NCBI GenBank assembly: GCA_029856045.1
Contig: JAHQWG010000036.1
Coordinates: forward strand, 1-25,721
Direction: 5' to 3'
Length of the DNA: 25,721 nt
Source of the DNA: Promethearchaeia archaeon
Lineage (GTDB): Archaea; Asgardarchaeota; Lokiarchaeia; Sigyniarchaeales; SOKP01
Shown: piece by piece, positions 1 to 7,597 of the stretch
Position numbering within the stretch: position 1 is the stretch's first letter
Layout: each line of letters opens with the position of its first letter
Program-made: the position numbers and the translations under genes
Notes under the pieces: generated by a model
The model's input: only the letters and a program-made list of their open reading frames with translations
The model's database searches: none
Told to the model about the DNA's origin: nothing

Positions 1-1
1 A

Positions 2-1003
2 GCAGTGCTCTCAGCTTGGCAGGCAATAGCCTCAGGTTATTGTGATTGTATTCTAGCTGGTGGTATTGAGGTTCAAAATAGATATCCAATCATGGAGGAT
101 CTTAAAATCTTTAAAGAAGGAAAAATGATCACGGTCAGTCCTCATAAAGATATTGTACGTCATCCTGAAATAAAAGCAAGTGCAGAAAAATACAAACAAG
201 GAATTCAAACCCAGATTTCAGCTGCAGATCTGATGGGACGGATTTGGCAAGAAAAAGCAGGATTTACTCGAGAAAGAATGAGAGAAGAACTTGATAGAAT
301 TTCATTGGACTCACATAAGAAAGCGTGCTCAAATTACGATAGAAGGGGTAAAGAAATTGAACCAATATGGTCTCCTAAATTAGATGAGAATGGAGAACCA
401 ATTTATGATGAAAATGGAAATGTAGCACAAGATAGTAGCACGTCTGAATTAGTTGAAAAAGATGAAGGTCCAAGACCTACCACTTCCTTTGAAATATTAC
501 AAAAATTAAAAGTTTTAGGAAGTAAAAGGAAAGGATTATTAACTGCGGGAAATAGTTGTCCAACTTCTGACGGAGCTGGAGCACAGTTGTGGATGTCAAG
601 ATATTTAGCGGAAGAATTAGGTTTTAAACCTCGCGCCTCAATAGTTTCTTCTGCCGTGATTGGATGTGATCCGATTACAATGCTTGAAGGACCAATACAT
701 TCCATGCCTATAGCGTTAAAAAGAGCCGAAACAACATTCGATGAGATGGATTTTATCGAAATTAATGAAGCGTTTTCCACGGTTGTTTTTGCATGTTGCC
801 ATGATCTAGGAATAGATTGGCATGATGAGCGATTTAATGTATGGGGTGGTGCCATCGCTCTTGGCCATCCTACAGGATTTACGGGTAATCGATTAATAGG
901 CACTAATTTGCAGCAACTAGAGCAATTTAATAAAACATACGCGATAAGTTCAATGTGCGTTGGATTTGGAATGGGACAAGCGACAATTATAAAAAGAGAG
1001 TAA
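2..1003 (+). CDS. Acetyl-CoA C-acyltransferase (thiolase), 5'-truncated by the window edge
   Basis: Thiolase motifs AGNSCPTSDGA, EINEAF, GGAIALGHPTG and SMCVGFGMG. The frame is open back to position 2, so the true start and N-terminal catalytic Cys lie upstream of the window. Confidence 0.93.
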   Translation, partial: AVLSAWQAIASGYCDCILAGGIEVQNRYPIMEDLKIFKEGKMITVSPHKDIVRHPEIKASAEKYKQGIQTQISAADLMGRIWQEKAGFTRERMREELDRISLDSHKKACSNYDRRGKEIEPIWSPKLDENGEPIYDENGNVAQDSSTSELVEKDEGPRPTTSFEILQKLKVLGSKRKGLLTAGNSCPTSDGAGAQLWMSRYLAEELGFKPRASIVSSAVIGCDPITMLEGPIHSMPIALKRAETTFDEMDFIEINEAFSTVVFACCHDLGIDWHDERFNVWGGAIALGHPTGFTGNRLIGTNLQQLEQFNKTYAISSMCVGFGMGQATIIKRE

Positions 1004-1084
1004 ATATTAGTAAATAATCTTATTTTTTTAATTTTTCTTCTTTAAGTCTATATTTCATCTTTGAAAAGAAAAAAAGAGAAAATG

Positions 1085-1202
1085 TGCAGGGAGGGAGATT
1101 CGAACTCCCGAAGGCCTACGCCACTGGATCTTAAGTCCAGCACCTATAATCAGTCTTGACCCATATTCAAGTTTCTTATTGACCAGGCTCGGTTATCCCT
1201 GC
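1085..1202 (-). tRNA. tRNA-Leu (anticodon UAA) with a 33-nt intron in the D-loop
   Basis: Reverse complement: GCAGGGA TA ACCGAGCCTGGTCAA [33 nt] AGGT G CTGGA CT-TAA-GA TCCAG TGGCGTAGGCCTTC GGGAG TTCGAAT CTCCC TCCCTGC A. Perfect 7-bp acceptor stem, 5-bp anticodon and T stems, long variable arm, discriminator A. CCA is not encoded. Confidence 0.95.
1146..1178 (-). other. tRNA intron at position 21/22 (relaxed bulge-helix-bulge junction)
   Basis: Removing TAAGAAACTTGAATATGGGTCAAGACTGATTAT restores a standard D-arm (ACC-GAGCCTGGTCAAA-GGT). Central helix GGTC/GATT with 3-nt bulges AAT and ATA; internal hairpin CTTGA/TCAAG. Confidence 0.85.
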
Positions 1203-1234
1203 AATATTACTGCTGAAAATTAAAATAATATTCT

Positions 1235-1243
1235 TATTTAAAA
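1235..1243 (-). promoter_or_regulatory. Putative TATA box for tRNA-Leu
   Basis: TTTTAAATA on the minus strand about 33-41 nt upstream of the mature tRNA 5' end, preceded by an A-rich BRE-like stretch. The AT-rich background weakens the call. Confidence 0.35.
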
Positions 1244-1393
1244 TGTTGTTTATCTAATTTATAATTATTTTATATTCGATCTTTAAAAATTATTTCTAGT
1301 TAAAATATCATTAATTCAGTTAAAATTGTTTAGAAATGCCTTTTGAGATTGTTAGAAAATAAATTCAAATAAAAAACAAGTTGCCTAAATTTC

Positions 1394-2854
1394 TTAAAAT
1401 TCTTTAAATAAATTTCTGACTTTTAAGAATGAGTTAATAAGTGATATTAATCGAATTGGATTTAGAACAAAAAAAAGTCCACGTGCTTTTATAATTCGTA
1501 AGGGAAAACTTTTCCAATTATTGAAATACCTTAATTTTCTAAAAGAGTAATGTAATAGATTAGATAAATTTCTTGGACTTAATTGATATGTTTTAATAAC
1601 AGGGTCAAATACTGTATATTTCGACCAATCTTTAGTAATAACTAGATTTTTTGCTTCTAAATCCTTTAAAGTTTCACTTCCGGGAAAGGGTGTTAATAAA
1701 CAATAACTAACGATATCTACATCGACATTTTTCATAAATTGAATTTCTTTTTTAATATCCCTTTCAGTTGCATTCAAATCAAGCCCAATTATTAAGTTTC
1801 CGATAACTATAATATCATTTTCATGTAATATCTCTAAAGCTTTTAATACTTTAGAGAAATTAAACCCTTTTTTTATCATTTTTAATGTTTCTTCATCTAC
1901 AGTCTCAATCCCAATAAAAACCACCCAAAATCCGGCTTCCGCCATTTTCTTTACCATATAAGGTGCTTCTACAATTGAATCTACTCTAATCTGCGCAAAA
2001 AATTTAAAATTACTAATTTCCTTTTTTTTTTTACATTCAATGATTCTTTCACACAATCTTTCAATCCTTTTAGTATTAGCGGTTAAATTATCATCTACAA
2101 AAAAAATATCCGAAATTCTTCTATTATGTGATATCATTTTTAACTCTGTAATTATTTTCTCAATTGGTCTAGGTCGCCATTTCCCTTTATTGATAATATG
2201 AGTTGTGCAAAATGTGCATTTATAAGGACAACCCCTTGAGGTTTCAATCGTTTCTAACCTTACGGTGAACATCTTATATTTATTTTTTTTTGTAAGATCT
2301 CTTACTGGAAATCTAATTTTTTCAAAATTTTTAATTAATGGGCGTTCAGGATTGTGGAGTGTTTTTCCATTCGATTTATAGGAAAGTCCTTTAACAGCTT
2401 CTGGGGTTCCTTTTATTATTAAATCTCTGAATGTTAGTTCTCCTTCTCCCCTAACAACATAATCGATATCATTACATTTTAATGTCTCATAGGGTTCGAA
2501 GGTTGGGTGTCGCCCCCCAAATACGACTATGCAGTCAGAATTAACTTCTTTCACAATTTTTGCGATATCATAACAACAATTTATCGCTGCAGAAACAAAT
2601 ACTGAAATTCCTACAATATCAGGGTTGAATTTTTGTATCTTTTTCTTTATTTGTTTATGGGTTAAATTATTTACTTTTGCATCAAGTATTTCCACCTTAA
2701 CATTTAAATCTATTAAATAACTCGCAATATAAGTTAAATTTATTGGTGGGAAATCCATATTATAGTAATCCCAACCAGTTGTCCTATAGTTTGGTTTGAT
2801 TAACAGAATTCTTTTCCATCTAAAATGATTTTCTATAGGAACGGTAATTACCAT
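1394..2854 (-). CDS. B12-binding domain radical SAM protein
   Basis: N-terminal cobalamin-binding domain (PPINLTYIASY, PDIVGIS, GGRHPT, VRGEGE), then ETSRGCPYKCTFC (CxxxCxxC), FVDDN, FIGIE and LTPFPGS. Confidence 0.92.
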   Translation of the reverse strand: MVITVPIENHFRWKRILLIKPNYRTTGWDYYNMDFPPINLTYIASYLIDLNVKVEILDAKVNNLTHKQIKKKIQKFNPDIVGISVFVSAAINCCYDIAKIVKEVNSDCIVVFGGRHPTFEPYETLKCNDIDYVVRGEGELTFRDLIIKGTPEAVKGLSYKSNGKTLHNPERPLIKNFEKIRFPVRDLTKKNKYKMFTVRLETIETSRGCPYKCTFCTTHIINKGKWRPRPIEKIITELKMISHNRRISDIFFVDDNLTANTKRIERLCERIIECKKKKEISNFKFFAQIRVDSIVEAPYMVKKMAEAGFWVVFIGIETVDEETLKMIKKGFNFSKVLKALEILHENDIIVIGNLIIGLDLNATERDIKKEIQFMKNVDVDIVSYCLLTPFPGSETLKDLEAKNLVITKDWSKYTVFDPVIKTYQLSPRNLSNLLHYSFRKLRYFNNWKSFPLRIIKARGLFFVLNPIRLISLINSFLKVRNLFKEF

Positions 2855-2864
2855 GATACTATTT

Positions 2865-4394
2865 TTAACTCCCTTTTATGATTGCTTGCTTTAATTCAAT
2901 CATATCATTAACATTTCCTAGAAGTAGTTGATTCCTTAGTTCTTTATTTAAATCTTTTATATTCTCCATAACTATCTTTCGCCACGTAAAATAAGACTTA
3001 ACTGTTCTGTATGCCCTTCCAGGATGGAGAATGTATTTAAATCCTCTTGATTTAATTCCTCTACGAAGTAAATTCCATTTAGTGAACCAATCTCCACCAT
3101 AAAAACCAACATAATGGAAACCAAGAAATAATAATTTTCTAAGAACTTTAGGACTGAAATTTTGTGTTTTTATTACAGGTGTGAGCCAATTATATTTTGA
3201 ATAATCTTCAGTTAATAATTGATTTTTTTCCTTTAATTCTACGTAAAATCCTGTTGCAGGAAACGGCGTTAATAAAGTAAAACTTGGTAAATCCAACGTT
3301 AATTCTCTCGTTCGTTTAATTGTAATTAGAACATCTTCCACAGTGTCGTCAAGATTTGCACCAATAATTACATTCCCCATAACGATAATCCCACTTTCAT
3401 GTAATACCTCTATTCCTTTTCTAATGTTCTCCATATTACAGCCTTTTTCTACATTCTTTAATCCCTTGTTATCAGTTGCTTCAACTCCTACAAGAACAAG
3501 CCAAAAACCTGCTTTACCCATTAATTTTGTGATTTCTGGATATCTTGCCATTGAATCTAATCTTCCTTGGAAGAAAAAGTGCAAATGTTTTTTAATCCTT
3601 CTCTCTCTTTTAGCTCTTATAATTTCCAGACAGAGCTTTTCAATTCGTTTCATATTAACAAGGATATTATCATCAACAAAGAATACATCACTAATTTTTT
3701 TATTTTTTGATACAATTTCTAATTCTTCAATTACATTTTCAACAGATCTAGGTCTCCAACTCCGCTTGTAAACTACGTGAGTGCTACAAAATCTGCATGC
3801 TTGAGGACATCCACGTGAAGTTTCTATAGCATCACAATTCATATTAAATGCTTTATATTTATATTGTTTAACTAAATGTCTCGTTGGAAACTTTAACTCA
3901 TCTAAATTTTTAACAAAAGGTCTATCCGGATTATGGATTAATTTTCCATTTGTTTTATAAGATAAACCATTTATATTTTCCGGAGTCCCCTTTTCAATCA
4001 ACTCTCGAAATGTAAATTCCCCCTCACCTCTAACTAAAATATCAATCCAAGGAGATGATAAGGTCTGTTCAACAGCTAAAGTTGGATGCCATCCCCCAAT
4101 TACTGTTGTACAACCAAAATCTTTAGCAATTTTTGCATACAATAATACATCATTAATTGCACTTGACACTGGCACCGATAAACCTACTAAGTCAGGTCCA
4201 TATTCCTCAATTTTTTTTTTAACTTGTTTTAAACTCAAATTATCTGCTTTAGAATCTAAAATTATTACATCGACTAAGTCTTCCACATAAGCTGCAATAT
4301 ATTCAAGAGCTAACGGAGGAAATGCAGAGTCATAAAAATCATAACCCGTACATCTATAGTTTGCCACCAATAATAAAATTTTATTCCATTTCAT
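2865..4394 (-). CDS. B12-binding domain radical SAM protein (paralog of the downstream gene)
   Basis: PPLALEYIAAY, GGWHPT, VRGEGE, ETSRGCPQACRFC, FVDDN, LVGVE and LTPFPAT. The gap to the next gene is 10 bp. Confidence 0.92.
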   Translation of the reverse strand: MKWNKILLLVANYRCTGYDFYDSAFPPLALEYIAAYVEDLVDVIILDSKADNLSLKQVKKKIEEYGPDLVGLSVPVSSAINDVLLYAKIAKDFGCTTVIGGWHPTLAVEQTLSSPWIDILVRGEGEFTFRELIEKGTPENINGLSYKTNGKLIHNPDRPFVKNLDELKFPTRHLVKQYKYKAFNMNCDAIETSRGCPQACRFCSTHVVYKRSWRPRSVENVIEELEIVSKNKKISDVFFVDDNILVNMKRIEKLCLEIIRAKRERRIKKHLHFFFQGRLDSMARYPEITKLMGKAGFWLVLVGVEATDNKGLKNVEKGCNMENIRKGIEVLHESGIIVMGNVIIGANLDDTVEDVLITIKRTRELTLDLPSFTLLTPFPATGFYVELKEKNQLLTEDYSKYNWLTPVIKTQNFSPKVLRKLLFLGFHYVGFYGGDWFTKWNLLRRGIKSRGFKYILHPGRAYRTVKSYFTWRKIVMENIKDLNKELRNQLLLGNVNDMIELKQAIIKGS

Positions 4395-4534
4395 CGGATT
4401 AATTCCATTGTTGAATAAATAACTAAAATTACAAAATCAAAAAAAATCTTTGTCTTTTTAATAAAAGAAAGAAAAAAAATTAATATTTTTTTATCCAAAT
4501 TTTTACAAATTATCGCATAAAATTATTAATATCG

Positions 4535-5758
4535 TTATATTTCCTTTTGGTTTTTATTTTTTAATTCGAGAGCTTTATCAATTTCCATTAATAAATGATC
4601 TTTATTGATTCTTTTTTTACATACAGGACATTGGATAATATCATTTAAAATTAATTGTCCACAAGAAGAACAAAACCCTACCACTCCCTCTAACTTAATT
4701 CCAGAAAAATCTTTAATTTTTTCATCTGATTTTATTTTACTCGGAACAAAATTTAAATCTTTATAATCCTCAGAACCATTGAAAATTTTAATTAATGAGT
4801 CCATTGGTAATTTATTTTCATTAAATTTTTTTGAAGAGAGAATTATATTTATTAAATTGATTTTGGGGAATCCCATATCTAACGCCATTTTGATAAACAA
4901 TTTTTGTATTAATAATTCAAATTCTTTTTTAATCCTATCCCAGATAAGTCCCATTTTTAAAAGAGATTTTGCTATATCTTCTGCAACTTTATCTAAATCA
5001 TCAATTCTCGTTTTTCCCTCAATATTATAATGTATCAATTCTTCTATAAGCAGATCTTTTATTAAACGCAAGGTGATAGTTCCTAAAAGATCTTCAGAAT
5101 GAAAAAAGAATTTATCATCTCCTCGTTCAAACAAATAAAATCCTAAATTACTAGACATAATTTTATAGATATGATAATCAATGCTAACTTCATTTACCTT
5201 GTATAAACTGCAAAACTCCTTAAGTTCAAATCTAAAATTTGGTGTTAGAGCGGAGTTATAAAACATAAAAAAGAGGGACATAAATAAATCTTCGTTTTGT
5301 TCTATGGTAAAAAACTGATCTCCCAATTTTGAAATGATCCTAATTATTCGATTAATTATTGATACATCCACAGAAATATTCTCATAAAATTGAATTAGTT
5401 GTGATAGTTTAGAAATACTGCGATTAATTTTACTTATTAAAATTAAATCATCATCAAATTTTTCAAAAAGTTCTTTTGTAATTTTATTACCAGATTCAGT
5501 AAGGACATATTTTGGCCTTCTTTGGTTATTTTCTAATTCAAATAATCTTTTTTCTATATAATCTTTCTGGAGATGAAGGTTTACATATTTTGAAACTGTT
5601 GATTTGCTCATTTTTGAAAGATCCTTTAATGAGGTAAAGCTTTGCGGCCCAAAAGTTCGAAGAACAAAAAGAATTCTGTCAGATTTAGCCATAGATTTAA
5701 AATAATCTTGATTTAATATTTCTTCTTTAATTTTTTGTTTTTCATTTGAAATACTCAT
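4535..5758 (-). CDS. Winged-helix (MarR-like) DNA-binding protein with C-terminal Zn ribbon
   Basis: N-terminal HTH/wing (SFTSLKDLSKMSKSTVSKYVNL...YIEK...YVLTESG); C-terminal CSSC-x10-CPVC. Confidence 0.7.
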   Translation of the reverse strand: MSISNEKQKIKEEILNQDYFKSMAKSDRILFVLRTFGPQSFTSLKDLSKMSKSTVSKYVNLHLQKDYIEKRLFELENNQRRPKYVLTESGNKITKELFEKFDDDLILISKINRSISKLSQLIQFYENISVDVSIINRIIRIISKLGDQFFTIEQNEDLFMSLFFMFYNSALTPNFRFELKEFCSLYKVNEVSIDYHIYKIMSSNLGFYLFERGDDKFFFHSEDLLGTITLRLIKDLLIEELIHYNIEGKTRIDDLDKVAEDIAKSLLKMGLIWDRIKKEFELLIQKLFIKMALDMGFPKINLINIILSSKKFNENKLPMDSLIKIFNGSEDYKDLNFVPSKIKSDEKIKDFSGIKLEGVVGFCSSCGQLILNDIIQCPVCKKRINKDHLLMEIDKALELKNKNQKEI

Positions 5759-6002
5759 GAAATAAAATAAGAAAAATAGTAATAAAAATTATACCCTTGT
5801 TCGAACTAAAATTTAAAAATTGTACAAAAAGATAATCACCAAACACCTAAACTTTAAATATTTGTATCGGTTACCTATAATTAACTGAAGTAATTTATAA
5901 TTTCTGTTGAAAAATTATAAATAACAAAAAAAGATCCAAATCGAAAAATAATTAATAAAAATTAATTTAGACTTAAAATAAATAAAAGAAACTGAAAAAA
6001 TT

Positions 6003-6257
6003 ATGCCGCAATATAGATTTAGGCTAACTGGGGTACCCCCAGACCAAGCAATTAAATTAATTGAAGTAGATCCAAATAATAGTATAGCAGAAATCAAGAA
6101 AACAGTCCAACGAGAGTATAAACTCAATCCCATTTTAGCAATCCAGTTTATTTTTAAAGGAAAAGTACTTCCTGATAGTCTTAAATTTACCAAAATCGGG
6201 ATTCATCCAAAGAAAGACGTTATTACAGTAATGGCCACACAAGCTGGTGGAATTTAA
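6003..6257 (+). CDS. Ubiquitin-like (beta-grasp) protein with C-terminal GG plus a one-residue extension
   Basis: 84 aa. IEVDPNNSIAEIKKTV resembles ubiquitin LEVEPSDTIENVKAKI, and QFIFKGKVLPD resembles RLIFAGKQLED. Ends QAGG-I-stop and is followed by a T tract. Confidence 0.85.
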   Translation: MPQYRFRLTGVPPDQAIKLIEVDPNNSIAEIKKTVQREYKLNPILAIQFIFKGKVLPDSLKFTKIGIHPKKDVITVMATQAGGI

Positions 6258-6276
6258 CTTTTAATTTCTTTTTTTT
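6258..6276 (+). terminator. Oligo-T tract between the convergent Ubl and PUA genes
   Basis: ctttaatttctttttttttt-type T-rich run directly after the Ubl stop; oligo-T tracts act as archaeal terminators. Confidence 0.45.
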
Positions 6277-6792
6277 TCATTTAAAGGTTTTTGCGAATTT
6301 CCAGATTTCATCTTTTATTGTGTGTAGGTTTTTAATTACTTTCCCGGTTGTCTTGTTTTCCATCTCTCCCGCATTAAACATAGCTTGTCCAACAGCAAGA
6401 ATTCGATCATGAGTTTCATCTGCTATTCTGACTATATCACCTTTTTTGATTGAAGGTTCAATTTTAGTTATTCCAGGACGCATTATATCTGCACCATTAG
6501 TCACAAATTTTATTGCACCCATATCTACAACGATGGTTTTTAATCCTAAATTATCTTCTAATAATAACGATAGTGTAGGAATATAGATTTCACCCTTTTT
6601 CCACAAGCTAAGTTTATTATTAATTGCGATTAACTCATCGCCATGTTCAATTAAGATTCTCTCAACCTTAGATTTTTTTGGTAAAATTTTATCAACAAAA
6701 CCTTGAGAATAAGTTTTTTTAATTTGTGAAATAATTTCTTTTATTTCAGAAGAACGAATAAAATGCCGCTGTTTAATATCCAAAAATTTCAC
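6277..6792 (-). CDS. Pre-PUA + PUA domain RNA-binding protein (MCT-1/Tma20-like)
   Basis: IYIPTL followed by PUA signatures IVVDMGAIKFVTNGADIMRPGI and GKVIKNLHTIKDEIW. Confidence 0.9.
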   Translation of the reverse strand: MKFLDIKQRHFIRSSEIKEIISQIKKTYSQGFVDKILPKKSKVERILIEHGDELIAINNKLSLWKKGEIYIPTLSLLLEDNLGLKTIVVDMGAIKFVTNGADIMRPGITKIEPSIKKGDIVRIADETHDRILAVGQAMFNAGEMENKTTGKVIKNLHTIKDEIWKFAKTFK

Positions 6793-6868
6793 TCACTAAA
6801 GAATTGAAATCAAAAACTCTATTATATTTAAAATTTCTATTGCTTTTAGTTTTTCGCTTTGAAATTAT

Positions 6869-7225
6869 TTAGTGAGAAATCTTTATATGACTGTTAGGTG
6901 TAATTATTAAATAAGTATCTCCGATCCTGCCTATAGATCCTCCTGTTAAATTAATTTCTGCCCTTATTTGGTCAATAGATCTCTTAAAATCGACTATTGA
7001 CACATTTTGATCCCCCAAAATAGTAGATACATTAATAATTAAAATATTACCCCTCAATAACTGCTTTTTTACATCAGCAACCTGATCTATGGATGACAAA
7101 TTATACTTTTTAATTAAATACTGTGATAGATGTGAGCTCTCAACTGCCCCCATTCTGTGTAAACATCCCATAGTCTCCTCTACTGAGGTTCTAAAGTCAT
7201 ATCGACCTTTTTTCCACAGTTTCAA
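6869..7225 (-). CDS. sepF: Archaeal cell-division protein SepF
   Basis: SepF core LSSIDQVADVKKQLLRGNILIINV...FKRSIDQIR...GGSIGRIGDTYLIITPNSHIKI. It lies next to the PUA gene as in many archaea. The start is probably the in-frame TTG at 7225 rather than 7318 (uncertain). Confidence 0.8.
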   Translation of the reverse strand: MKLWKKGRYDFRTSVEETMGCLHRMGAVESSHLSQYLIKKYNLSSIDQVADVKKQLLRGNILIINVSTILGDQNVSIVDFKRSIDQIRAEINLTGGSIGRIGDTYLIITPNSHIKISH

Positions 7226-7597
7226 TCCAACACACAACCTTTTTTTTAAAAAATTATTTAAATCTAATTTTTTATAATAAATTGAATTATGATGATATTT
7301 AAACTCGAAAAATATCAAGATCTATTTCTAAATTATACTTGTATGTGATCCAGAGAATATCCAAATAATACACAAATAATATATGTGCATTAGCAAGCCA
7401 TTTCCTTTTTATAAATTCTTCTAAATATTCAGTAATATTTTATATATATCAAATCGCCTATTATTGTTATATTACAATGTAAATTTTCTTATTTTCAATA
7501 AAAAAATAGACTTATTAACATCCAAGTTGATAATTTAAATGATATATAATAATTTAAAAAAATTTATTTGAAAAATATAAAGGCGATAAATTAAAAA

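Noticed and set aside
1004-1393. tRNA as the integration site of a mobile element
   Set aside because: No integrase and no duplicated tRNA end were seen in the window.
7226-7318. N-terminal extension of the SepF ORF to 7318
   Set aside because: It reads like translated AT-rich promoter DNA, so a downstream start is more plausible.
7299-7440. 46-codon open stretch on the minus strand upstream of sepF (NITEYLEEFIKRKW...)
   Set aside because: It is preceded directly by TAA with no convincing start, and shows no recognisable similarity.
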